A DNA stretch of 64,000 nt from Candidatus Latescibacterota bacterium (GTDB lineage Bacteria; Latescibacterota; CBDEFO01): the NCBI GenBank assembly GCA_965237525.1, contig CBDEFO010000006.1:288001-352000 (forward strand). The letters run 5' to 3'. Positions 30,035 to 39,472 of the stretch are shown piece after piece (position 1 is the first letter of the stretch; the number at the start of each line of letters is the position of its first letter). The notes beneath the pieces were generated by a model. It searched no databases, was not told where the DNA came from, and worked only from the letters and a program-made list of their open reading frames with translations. A program made the position numbers and the translations under genes.

Positions 30035-31870
30035 TTACGGTGTAGCATCAACTGTACTCTGCTCGCCGAGTTTAGCTATGACGTTGTCTATGATGCTGAG
30101 GTTGCGGGCTGCCTCAGCGTAGTTAGGATCAAGCTTGAGGGCAGTCTGATACGCTATCTGCGCCGATTCTAAATACCCAAGCCTTGCGTAGCAGGTAGCT
30201 ATGTTGGACATCGCGACTTTGTCTGTAGGATCTCTCCTGATGCATTCTTCGTATAAGTCGATAGCTTTCTCATACTTTTTGAGCCTGACGCAGATGCTTC
30301 CAGTCTCTCTGTAAACTTCAGCACTTTCGGGCCCTAAAGACACTAACTTGTCAATCTCTTCCAAAGCCTCCTGGTGCGCCCCTTGGTGGAGTTTCAGCTT
30401 CACAAGATTCAGACGTGCCCACTCGTGATCCGTATTAAGCTCAAGTGCCTTTTTAATTTTTAGATCAGCACTATCTATTTCACCTTTCGTAAGGAGGATG
30501 TATCCCCAACTATTATAGGCGTCGGGATTATCAGGATTCATCTTTATGGCTTTTTCGTACTGTTTTATTGCCTCATCGAATCTGTTCCCATTTTTGTGCA
30601 GATCACCCAACTTTACAAAGGCGAAATCATCGGCTATTCCGGCATCGACAGCACTTTCAAGCATAAGCTGGGCGCCTGCAAAATCCTCCGTCTCATTGTA
30701 ACACAGAAAAAGGTTCTTGTAGGAGTTGAGATACTGGTCGTCCTGGGTAATAGCATTCTTCAGATAATCTATAGCCTTTTCGTAGTCTCCTAAAAGCCGG
30801 TAGCACAGACCGATATTATTCTTGACAATTCCCTGGAATGACCACGTGTCCACAATGTAAGTCTCGAGATTTGGAGGACTTTCTTCCTCTGTTTCTCTCT
30901 GTCTAAGGTACTTTCGGTACATATTTATAGCGTCGTCGTAGCGCTTTTGCTTAAAATAGATGCCTCCAAGGGTGAATAGCAGATCGAGGTTTCGGTGTTC
31001 CTTATCTAGACCTTCTTTACAGAGCGCTTCGCCCTCGTCCAAGCGTTCACTCATAAGGCAGCAGTAGGCCGTGTCATAGAGGATCATAAGATAGGTTCCT
31101 GCTGTATCCTTTTGGTAGGGCTTAAGAGAAAGAGCGTGCATCCCATTTTCGACAACCGTGTCAAACTCTCTTTTGTTGCGGTAGATGCGATTGAGGTTGT
31201 ACCACGCAAAGATGTTGTTGGGATCTTCTTCTATCTGGTTTTCGAGGAGCTTCTGGCTCCTTTCGTATTTTGCCTCCATCTTCTCTTTAGAAAGATGGTA
31301 GCCATAGTGGTATATGCGTATCTCCGTATGAGCAACGGCTCCTTCGACAATAATCCAATTGTGAACTATGCCTTCGTAGTGGGCTTTTCCTCTCCCGTAG
31401 AGCCTCTGGGAATACCCTTTGGAAAGGCCATCTGGCATATGATTGTATACGGCAACGAAGACTCCGTTGTAGAGGTCCGAATTGATCGTCCTCCTCAAAA
31501 GAGGAATATCTTCCTGTTCAAGCTCCTCGTCTGCATCTATCGTCAGTATCCAGTCACAGGTGGCATACGAAAGAGAGTGATTTCTGGCCTCTGAAAAGTC
31601 ATCGTTCCAGGGGTGATGATAGACTTTAGCTTTATAGCTTTCGGCTATCTCCACCGTGCGATCTGACGAACCCGTATCTACGACTATTATCTCGTCCACA
31701 GCGTCCTTGATACTCTCAAGGCATCTGGGCAAAAACTCCTCTCCGTCTTTAACGATCATACAGGCAGATAGAGTTGCCCCAAAAGATGATAAAGAATCTT
31801 TCTTCTTTCCTATCTTCTTGACCGGCTTTAGCTCCTTTATACTTTTTATCTTTCTATATTGTTTATGCAC
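30035..31870 (-). CDS. GT2 glycosyltransferase with TPR domain
   Basis: LSACMIVKDGE, IDADE, YEGIVHNWI. Confidence 0.93.
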   Translation of the reverse strand: MHKQYRKIKSIKELKPVKKIGKKKDSLSSFGATLSACMIVKDGEEFLPRCLESIKDAVDEIIVVDTGSSDRTVEIAESYKAKVYHHPWNDDFSEARNHSLSYATCDWILTIDADEELEQEDIPLLRRTINSDLYNGVFVAVYNHMPDGLSKGYSQRLYGRGKAHYEGIVHNWIIVEGAVAHTEIRIYHYGYHLSKEKMEAKYERSQKLLENQIEEDPNNIFAWYNLNRIYRNKREFDTVVENGMHALSLKPYQKDTAGTYLMILYDTAYCCLMSERLDEGEALCKEGLDKEHRNLDLLFTLGGIYFKQKRYDDAINMYRKYLRQRETEEESPPNLETYIVDTWSFQGIVKNNIGLCYRLLGDYEKAIDYLKNAITQDDQYLNSYKNLFLCYNETEDFAGAQLMLESAVDAGIADDFAFVKLGDLHKNGNRFDEAIKQYEKAIKMNPDNPDAYNSWGYILLTKGEIDSADLKIKKALELNTDHEWARLNLVKLKLHQGAHQEALEEIDKLVSLGPESAEVYRETGSICVRLKKYEKAIDLYEECIRRDPTDKVAMSNIATCYARLGYLESAQIAYQTALKLDPNYAEAARNLSIIDNVIAKLGEQSTVDATP

Positions 31871-31951
31871 TACGGCTCTATCTAAGTCGATGCCTGAGAC
31901 AACATACAGGGAGGGGAGGATGTTCCTGTCTACTACCTACTGTTTACTCAT

Positions 31952-33766
31952 TTACGGTGTAGCATCAACTGTACTCTGCTCGCCGAGTTTAGCTATGATG
32001 TCTTCAATTACTTTGAGGTTGCGCGCTGCCTCGCTGTAGTTAGGATCAAGCTTGAGGGCAGTCTGATACGCAATCTGCGCCGATTCTAAATGCCCAAGCC
32101 TTGCGTAGCAGCTAGCTATGTTGGACATCGTGACTTTGTCTGTAGGAACTTGTCTGATGCATTCCTCGTACAAATCAATAGCTTTCTCGTACTTTCCGAG
32201 CCGGACGCAGATGTTTCCAGATTCTCTGTATATTTCAGCGCTTTGGGGTTCCAACAACACTAACTTATCAATCTGTTCCAGTGTCTCCTGGTGTACCCCC
32301 TGGGCGAACTTCAGCTTCACAAGATTGAAACGAGCCCGTTCGTGGTTGGGATTAAGCTCAAGTGCCTTTGAAAATTTCAAATCCGCAGCTTCTTTTTGGC
32401 CTTTCATAAGGAGGATGTATCCCCAACCGTTATAGACGTTGGGATTGTCAGGGTTCATCTCTACGGCTTCTTCGTACTGTTTTATTGCCTCATCGAATCT
32501 GTTTTCTCTTCTGTACAAATCTCCAAGCTTTACAAAGGTGAAATCATCCGCTATTCCAACTTCTACAGCTCTTTTGAGAACAAGTTGAGCGTTCGGACAG
32601 TCCCCTATCTCAATGTAACAAAGAGAAAGACTCTTGTAGAGGTTGAGACACTGGTCGTCCTGGGAAATGACGCTCTTCAGATAATCTATAGCCTTTTCGT
32701 AGTCTCCCAAAAGCCGGTAGCACTGACCGACGTTGTTCCTGATAATGCTACCGAATGACCACGTGTGTATGCTGTAGGCGTCGAGGTTTGGATTTTTTTC
32801 CGTTCTTTCTCTCTGCCTGAGGAATTCTCGATACATATTTATAGCGTCGTCGTAGCGTTTCTTGTTAAAATAGATACCTCCAAGGGTGAATAGCAGATCG
32901 AGGTTTTCAGGGTTATGATTTAAACCTTCTTGACACAGTTCCTCGCCTTTGTCCAAGCGTCCGCTCATAAGGCAGCAGTAGGCTGTGTCGTAGAGGAGCA
33001 TAAGATAAGTTCCTACTGTACCCTCCTCCTTGTACTCCTCATAGGGTTTAAGAGAAAGAGCGTGCATTCCATTTTCGACAACCGTGTTTAACTCTCCTTT
33101 GTTGCGGTAGATTCGATTGAGGTTGTACCAGGCAAACGTGTTTTTGCGATCTTCTTCTATCTGCTTTTCGAGGAGCTTTTTGCTCCTTTCGTATTTGATC
33201 TCCATCTTCTCTTTGGAGAGATTGTAGCCGTAGTGATATATGCGTATCTCCACACGAGCAACGTCTCCTTCGACTATGATCTGATTGTGAACTATGCCTT
33301 CATAGTGGGCTTTGCCTCTCCCGTAGAGCCTCTGGGAATACCCTTTGGAAAGGCCATCTGGCTTATGATTGTATACGGCGACGAAGACTCCGTTGTAGAG
33401 GTCCGAATTGATCGTCCTCCTCAAAAGAGGAATATCTTCCCGTTCAAGCTCCTCGTCTGCATCTATCGTCAGTATCCAGTCACAGGTGGCATACGAAAGA
33501 GAGTGATTTCTGGCCTCTGAAAAGTCATCGTTCCAGGGATGATGATAGACTTTAGCTTTATAGCTTTCGGCTATCTCCACCGTGCGATCTGACGAACCCG
33601 TATCTACAACTATTATCTCGTCCACAGCGTCCTTGATGCTCTCAAGGCATCTGGGCAAAAACTCCTCTGCGTCTTTAACGATCATACAGGCAGATAGAGT
33701 TACCCCAAAAGATGATAAAGAATCTTTCTTCTTTCCTATCTTCTTGACCGGCTTTAGCTCTTTCAT
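31952..33766 (-). CDS. GT2 glycosyltransferase with TPR domain
   Basis: LSACMIVKDAE, IDADE, YEGIVHNQI. Confidence 0.93.
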   Translation of the reverse strand: MKELKPVKKIGKKKDSLSSFGVTLSACMIVKDAEEFLPRCLESIKDAVDEIIVVDTGSSDRTVEIAESYKAKVYHHPWNDDFSEARNHSLSYATCDWILTIDADEELEREDIPLLRRTINSDLYNGVFVAVYNHKPDGLSKGYSQRLYGRGKAHYEGIVHNQIIVEGDVARVEIRIYHYGYNLSKEKMEIKYERSKKLLEKQIEEDRKNTFAWYNLNRIYRNKGELNTVVENGMHALSLKPYEEYKEEGTVGTYLMLLYDTAYCCLMSGRLDKGEELCQEGLNHNPENLDLLFTLGGIYFNKKRYDDAINMYREFLRQRERTEKNPNLDAYSIHTWSFGSIIRNNVGQCYRLLGDYEKAIDYLKSVISQDDQCLNLYKSLSLCYIEIGDCPNAQLVLKRAVEVGIADDFTFVKLGDLYRRENRFDEAIKQYEEAVEMNPDNPNVYNGWGYILLMKGQKEAADLKFSKALELNPNHERARFNLVKLKFAQGVHQETLEQIDKLVLLEPQSAEIYRESGNICVRLGKYEKAIDLYEECIRQVPTDKVTMSNIASCYARLGHLESAQIAYQTALKLDPNYSEAARNLKVIEDIIAKLGEQSTVDATP

Positions 33767-33876
33767 ACTTTTTATCTTTCTCTTTGTCTATGCATTACGG
33801 CTATATCTAAGTCGATGCCTGAGACAACATACAGGGAGGGGAGGATGTTCCTGCCTACTACCTACTGTTTACTCAT

Positions 33877-35697
33877 TTACGGTGTTGCATCAACTATCTT
33901 CTGTTCGCCGATTCGGTATTTGGCTATGATGTCTTCAATTACTTTGAGGTTGCGCGCTGCCTCGCTGTAGTTAGGATCAAGCTTGAGGGCAGTCTGATAC
34001 GCTATCTGCGCCGATTCTAAATGCCCAAGCCTTGCGTAGCAGCTTGCTATGTTGGACATCGTGACTTTGTTTGTAGGATCTCTCCTGATGCATTCTTCGT
34101 ATAAGTCGATAGCTTTCTCATAGTTTTCGAGCCGGACGCAGATGTTGCCAGTCTCTCTGTAAACTTCAGCACTTTCGGGACCTAAAGACATTAACTTATC
34201 AATCTCTTCCAAAGCCTCGTGGTGCGCCCCTTGGTGGAGTTTCAGCTTCACAAGATTCAGACGAACCCACTGGTGAACGGGATCAAGCTCGAGTGCCTTT
34301 GAAAATTTTAGATCAGCACCCTCTATTTCACCTTTCGTAAGGAGGATGTATCCCCAACCGTTATAGGCGTCGGGATTGTCAGGGTTCATCTCTACGGCTT
34401 TTTCGTACTGTTTTATTGCATCATCGAGTCTATTCTCCTTTATGTATAAATCTCCAAGCTTTACAAAGGTGAAATCATCCGCTATTCCAACTTCTACAGC
34501 TCTTTTGAGAACAAGTTGAGCGTTCGGACAGTCCCCTATCTCAATGTAACAAAGAGAAAGACTCTTGTAGAGGTTGAGACACTGGTCGTCCTGAGAAATG
34601 ACATTCTTCAGATAATCTATAGCCTTTTCGTAGTCTCCCAAAAGCCGGTAGCACTGACCGACGTTGTTCCTGATAATGCTACCGAATGACCACGTGTGTA
34701 TGCTGTAGGCGTCGAGGTTTGGATTTTTTTCCGTTCTTTCTCTCTGCCTGAGGAATTCTCGATACATATTTATAGCGTCGTCGTAGCGTTTCTTGTTAAA
34801 ATAGATACCTCCAAGGGTGAATAGCAGATCGAGGTTTTCAGGGTTATGATTTAAACCTTCTTGACACAGTTCCTCGCCTTTGTCCAAGCGTCCGCTCATA
34901 AGGCAGCAGTAGGCTGTGTCGTAGAGGAGCATAAGATAAGTTCCTACTGTACCCTCCTCCTTGTACTCCTCATAGGGTTTAAGAGAAAGAGCGTGCATTC
35001 CATTTTCGACAACCGTGTTTAACTCTCCTTTGTTGCGGTAGATTCGATTGAGGTTGTACCAGGCAAACGTGTTTTTGCGATCTTCTTCTATCTGCTTTTC
35101 GAGGAGCTTTTTGCTCCTTTCGTATTTGATCTCCATCTTCTCTTTGGAGAGATTGTAGCCGTAGTGATATATGCGTATCTCCACACGAGCAACGTCTCCT
35201 TCGACTATGATCTGATTGTGAACTATGCCTTCATAGTGGGCTTTGCCTCTCCCGTAGAGCCTCTGGGAATACCCTTTGGAAAGGCCATCTGGCTTATGAT
35301 TGTATACGGCGACGAAGACTCCGTTGTAGAGGTCCGAATTGATCGTCCTCCTCAAAAGAGGAATATCTTCCCGTTCAAGCTCCTCGTCTGCATCTATCGT
35401 CAGTATCCAGTCACAGGTGGCATACGAAAGAGAGTGATTTCTGGCCTCTGAAAAGTCATCGTTCCAGGGATGATGATAGACTTTAGCTTTATAGCTTTCG
35501 GCTATCTCCACCGTGCGGTCTGTAGAGCCTGTATCTACAACTATTATCTCGTCCACAGCATCCTTGATGCTCTCAAGACATCTGGGTAAAAACTCCTCTT
35601 CGTTTTTAACGATCATACAGGCAGATAGAGTTGCCCCAAAAGATGATGAGGACTCGTTATTTTCCCCTATCTTCTTAATCGGCTTTACCTTTCGCAT
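33877..35697 (-). CDS. GT2 glycosyltransferase with TPR domain
   Basis: LSACMIVKNEE, IDADE, YEGIVHNQI; AAGGAG RBS. Confidence 0.93.
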   Translation of the reverse strand: MRKVKPIKKIGENNESSSSFGATLSACMIVKNEEEFLPRCLESIKDAVDEIIVVDTGSTDRTVEIAESYKAKVYHHPWNDDFSEARNHSLSYATCDWILTIDADEELEREDIPLLRRTINSDLYNGVFVAVYNHKPDGLSKGYSQRLYGRGKAHYEGIVHNQIIVEGDVARVEIRIYHYGYNLSKEKMEIKYERSKKLLEKQIEEDRKNTFAWYNLNRIYRNKGELNTVVENGMHALSLKPYEEYKEEGTVGTYLMLLYDTAYCCLMSGRLDKGEELCQEGLNHNPENLDLLFTLGGIYFNKKRYDDAINMYREFLRQRERTEKNPNLDAYSIHTWSFGSIIRNNVGQCYRLLGDYEKAIDYLKNVISQDDQCLNLYKSLSLCYIEIGDCPNAQLVLKRAVEVGIADDFTFVKLGDLYIKENRLDDAIKQYEKAVEMNPDNPDAYNGWGYILLTKGEIEGADLKFSKALELDPVHQWVRLNLVKLKLHQGAHHEALEEIDKLMSLGPESAEVYRETGNICVRLENYEKAIDLYEECIRRDPTNKVTMSNIASCYARLGHLESAQIAYQTALKLDPNYSEAARNLKVIEDIIAKYRIGEQKIVDATP

Positions 35698-35718
35698 GTT
35701 TTTTATCTTTCTCCTTAT

Positions 35719-35915
35719 TTATACATTTATAACTATCTTTTTAGATTGAACCTTATTCTGATTAATATCTTTATAAAACCTTTGTTCCCCCTCTAAAAGT
35801 GCCTTATCAGTTGATCTAAACTCTAATGCTCGTCTGCAACATCTTAACGCCTCAGTAGTATGCCCAAGATTATTAAAACATTCCTTTTGGCGCACCCAGG
35901 GCAACCACGTATAAA
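35719..35915 (-). pseudogene. TPR-like fragment of a glycosyltransferase gene
   Basis: YTWLPWVRQKECFNNLGHTTEALRCCRRALE...NQNKVQSKKIVI; ends in the same codons that begin the GT4 fragment at 37709. Confidence 0.6.
35728..35763. repeat. 36-bp exact direct repeat, copy 1
   Basis: TATAACTATCTTTTTAGATTGAACCTTATTCTGATT, identical at 37674-37709. Confidence 0.95.
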
Positions 35916-36125
35916 CACCCGTTTCTCACCTCCTTAACAGTCTTTTTAGGTCTCTCATATATCTTAGTGGGATCAAAGACTAACTTAAATACAGGATTCG
36001 ATTTAAGTTCTAATGCCACACCACCTGGAACTTTAACTCTATCTCCTTTAGCAGCTTAGCATAACCCTCTAACATAATAGTTCCATCTTTAACAAGACAT
36101 TCAAATTCATATAGTTCCTCCATAT

Positions 36126-36797
36126 CTAACCTCCTCCAGATAAAGTTGGCGGTAAAAGCTCAAATAGTTTCTTTTGTTCTAAAAGATAAACTTGATACTG
36201 ATTTTTACAATCTATTCCATACTTTTGGTACATTAGCACTTCAAGCTGAAATGATCTTAACATCTCTAAAAATGGGTAAAAATATATACTCTCATCAATA
36301 ATCTGTAACTTTTCAGGCCACTGTTTTCGTACATAATCTAAATAATCTGCGTCAGGAATCGTAATAGCTATAATAGTATCATCATGTGACCAATATAATA
36401 ATTGTTTAAATAACTTTCTATGCATTGATAAAGGAATATGTTCAAGCACATCAAACAATGCTATAAGATCAAACTTCTTACAGGCAAGATTTACTTTAAA
36501 TATATCACCACATAGAAACTCTACATCTTTAACAGTCTGTCGAGCATATTCTATGTTGGTCTCACTAATATCAACCGCACAAACTTCATCAACATATTGC
36601 TTCATATACTCTGAAATAATACCAATGCCACAGCCAATCTCTAAAACACTATTTATCTGTTTTATATTTCCAACAAGATCCACAATATTAAATATCGCTT
36701 TATGGCGAGGATTAAGTCGTTCTCTATCCTTCTTTAAATAGGTTACAAAACCATCATAATAAGATTTAACTTCTTCAGTCGTAGGCATAGTAGTCAT
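36126..36797 (-). CDS. Class I SAM-dependent methyltransferase (AT-rich)
   Basis: VLEIGCGIG, AVDIS, FDLIALFDVLEHIP. Confidence 0.9.
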   Translation of the reverse strand: MTTMPTTEEVKSYYDGFVTYLKKDRERLNPRHKAIFNIVDLVGNIKQINSVLEIGCGIGIISEYMKQYVDEVCAVDISETNIEYARQTVKDVEFLCGDIFKVNLACKKFDLIALFDVLEHIPLSMHRKLFKQLLYWSHDDTIIAITIPDADYLDYVRKQWPEKLQIIDESIYFYPFLEMLRSFQLEVLMYQKYGIDCKNQYQVYLLEQKKLFELLPPTLSGGG

Positions 36798-37709
36798 AAA
36801 CTCAACAGTTTGTCAAGCTTCTTATACATCTTGTTAGCAGAAAACTTCTTTTGTACAAGTTCTCTATAAGACTTCGATCTATAATAGTTACCCGTTGTTT
36901 TCTCAACAAACTCATTAGCATCAGTAAATAATAATTCAGAGGGATATAACTCTTCAGCACCAAGCCACTTATGTACTAATACTTTTATTCCTTTTGCAAG
37001 TGCTTCAGCTACAGCGACAGGACTTCCTTCTACAACAGATGTATTTATTACATAGTCTTTGTCTTCAAGCCACTTATCTATATCTTCTTGATAACCATCA
37101 AAGTGAACTTTATCTTTATAACTATTAACTCTATTCCAGCAAATACTCAGCTATTTCAACTTGCTGGAACTGTCCTGCTATATAAAGCTCCGAATCACTA
37201 TCTTTATCAATCAACCGTTCAAAACAATCAAGAAGTAACGGAATACCCTTTTTCCAATTCAACTGTCCAACAAATGCAAGTTTATGTCCACTTGGCCATC
37301 TATTTCTATAAGAAAACCTGTTAAGTTCTACGCCATGCGGTATAACATGAGCACCACATTGTCTGTTAAGTCCACAATTATTTTCAGCATAATGTTTAAT
37401 CCTGTCGGATACAAATATTATATGATCAAGATTAGTAGTATCAACCTGGTTTAAAAGCCCCTTATGTATCTCATACCTATGTGCCCTACAAACAGTCACT
37501 GCTGGCCACCGAGTCTGTGTTCCGCTTATCGCATTAGCATCAGCCCACTCGAACCAAATTATATCAGCCCATCTAGCATAATCAGAATTATATAATTCAA
37601 TCAATTTAACAATATGCCCTTTGCTTCCCCAATATTGTGCTAAATCCTTAGTAAATGATCCAAAAGCATCAAATATAACTATCTTTTTAGATTGAACCTT
37701 ATTCTGATT
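36794..37709 (-). pseudogene. GT4 (GT-B) glycosyltransferase, truncated and frameshifted
   Basis: WADIIWFEWAD, HVIPHGV, AFVGQLNWKKG; after a shift near 37135 it continues VHFDGYQED...TSVVEGSPVAVAEALAKG (EX7E); second shift near 36930; stop overlaps the methyltransferase start. Confidence 0.85.
37674..37709. repeat. 36-bp exact direct repeat, copy 2
   Basis: Identical to 35728-35763; abuts the IS1182 left end. Confidence 0.95.
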
Positions 37710-37713
37710 TAAA

Positions 37714-39230
37714 AGCCTTGTGAAAAACCCTTAGATTCAGAAAATAGTATAAAACAAGCATTGATAAAGCAGCTCCGATGTATTATATTATGTTATTGAT
37801 AATATTATACATGGAGGAAACAATGACCCCACAAAAGCAGGAACAGACAAATCCGATGTTTCACTATTTTCAGATGGAGGATTTAGTTCCCGAGGATCAT
37901 ATCCTTCGTCAGATTGATGAGGCAGTTGATTTTTCATTTGTACGAGACGTTGTATCAGATTGTTATTGCCCTGACAATGGCAGACCCGGTATTGATCCTG
38001 AATTAGTTGTTCGAATGATCCTTATTGGCTATCTGTATAATTTGAGTGAGAATCGGCTCTGTCAGGAAGTGGGGATGCATGCGGCATATCGGTTGTTTTG
38101 TCATCAGACATTTGATGATGCGGTTCCGGATAGGAGCACGATCAACAAGCTTCGCAATCACAAGTGGGCATCCAGTGGGTTGTTTGAACGGATAATGCGT
38201 CAGGTAGTCCAGTGTTGCATAGATGTCGGTCTTGTGAGCGGTAAACACCTTAGTGTCGACGGCACTCAGATACAAGCTGATGCTTCAGTGAAAAGTATTG
38301 AGCCGATAGAACCCCCTGTTTCTCTTGATGATTATCTCAAGGGAATCGGTTTTGAAGGTGATAAGACAAAGGGTAGGTCCGGGCATCCTCAGGATAAAGA
38401 CTTTCATGGTGAAAAGTGGACGAACCAAACACACCGTTCGACTACAGACCCCGACGCGCGCTTATACAGCAAATCGAAGGGCAAAGGGGCTTTTCTCTCG
38501 TTTATGGGCCATGATCTGATCGACACAAAAAGCAGAGTAATCCTTGAGACTCAGGGCACGCAGGCGACAGGGACAGCAGAGCCCGAAAGTGCCCTTAAGA
38601 TGGTAGATGACCTTGAAACATACACCATGCCCAAAGACATTCAGACACTTAGTGCCGATACCGGTTACGGTTCTGGTAATTTTATCGCTGATGTACTTGA
38701 CCGGGGAATCATACCCCATATTCCTCTGCGAGCCGATGAGAAGATTGAACCGATTCCTACATGGAAAAACAAGACAAATTCAGCACATATTCAGGCCGAA
38801 CGGGATAGAAAAGTGCGAGAGGCGAAAGCCAGAAATCATGCACGGTCTATCTCATTAACAGCTGACTACAAACTCTCCCGGAGACTCCGTAAACGCAGTG
38901 AACATATCTTTGCTGAAGCCAGGCAACAACACGGTATGGGACGAGCCCGTTACAGAGGACTAGCCTCACTGAATGAACAGTTGAATCTTGTTGCAACAGT
39001 ACAGAATCTCAAGAGGCTTGTATCTTTCATAAGAAGGGGGAAAGCGTCTATGTGTGCCCTGTCTGTCAAAGACAGTGCATCCTGTTCTTCAAACAGCTCC
39101 TGTTCCTTGCTGACCAGAACTCTGATAAGACTATTTTGCTTATTCCACAGCAAAACGATACGATATGCTACTCTTTGACCCATAATCGGCGCTTCAGACG
39201 CTGCCTGGGACATAACTATTTCACAAGGCT
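37714..39230 (+). mobile_element. IS1182-family insertion sequence
   Basis: TIR AGCCTTGTGAAA / TTTCACAAGGCT, TTTAAA on both sides. Confidence 0.9.
37778..39178 (+). CDS. IS1182-family transposase (start probably 37811 or 37823)
   Basis: EDLVPEDHILRQID, GRPGIDP, SVDGTQIQADAS, STTDPDARL, SADTGYGS, RKRSEHIFAEARQQHG. Confidence 0.93.
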   Translation: MYYIMLLIILYMEETMTPQKQEQTNPMFHYFQMEDLVPEDHILRQIDEAVDFSFVRDVVSDCYCPDNGRPGIDPELVVRMILIGYLYNLSENRLCQEVGMHAAYRLFCHQTFDDAVPDRSTINKLRNHKWASSGLFERIMRQVVQCCIDVGLVSGKHLSVDGTQIQADASVKSIEPIEPPVSLDDYLKGIGFEGDKTKGRSGHPQDKDFHGEKWTNQTHRSTTDPDARLYSKSKGKGAFLSFMGHDLIDTKSRVILETQGTQATGTAEPESALKMVDDLETYTMPKDIQTLSADTGYGSGNFIADVLDRGIIPHIPLRADEKIEPIPTWKNKTNSAHIQAERDRKVREAKARNHARSISLTADYKLSRRLRKRSEHIFAEARQQHGMGRARYRGLASLNEQLNLVATVQNLKRLVSFIRRGKASMCALSVKDSASCSSNSSCSLLTRTLIRLFCLFHSKTIRYATL

Positions 39231-39452
39231 TTTAAAGTAGTCCCCTTCCAAACCTTTTTCCAGCGGATCGGATTCAAGCACTGTTGAATTCATAGTCTCA
39301 AGCAGATAGAAGACGAATATAGACTCGAAGTCCTTTGAGATTTTCTGAAGCTTCAAATCGTCTGCATCGGCTTTTTGAGGTGCGTCTCTTTGAACAGAGC
39401 GCGATATGGGCTTGAACGTGGACGTTGTATCTGAAATCGGGATAAAAGGCAT
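39231..39452 (-). pseudogene. flgJ: Flagellar rod-binding protein FlgJ, truncated at IS1182
   Basis: LQKISKDFESIFVFYLLETM rod-binding motif; follows flgI; reading frame runs into the IS end. Confidence 0.75.
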
Positions 39453-39472
39453 AGCGTTTAGGTTTCCATACT

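Noticed and set aside
17277..35697. Diversity-generating retroelement acting on the array
   Set aside because: No reverse transcriptase in the window; the repeats are whole genes and differences are not restricted to adenines
26640..35749. Plus-strand ORFs repeated along the array
   Set aside because: Antisense shadows of the GT2-TPR genes, repeated only because the genes are
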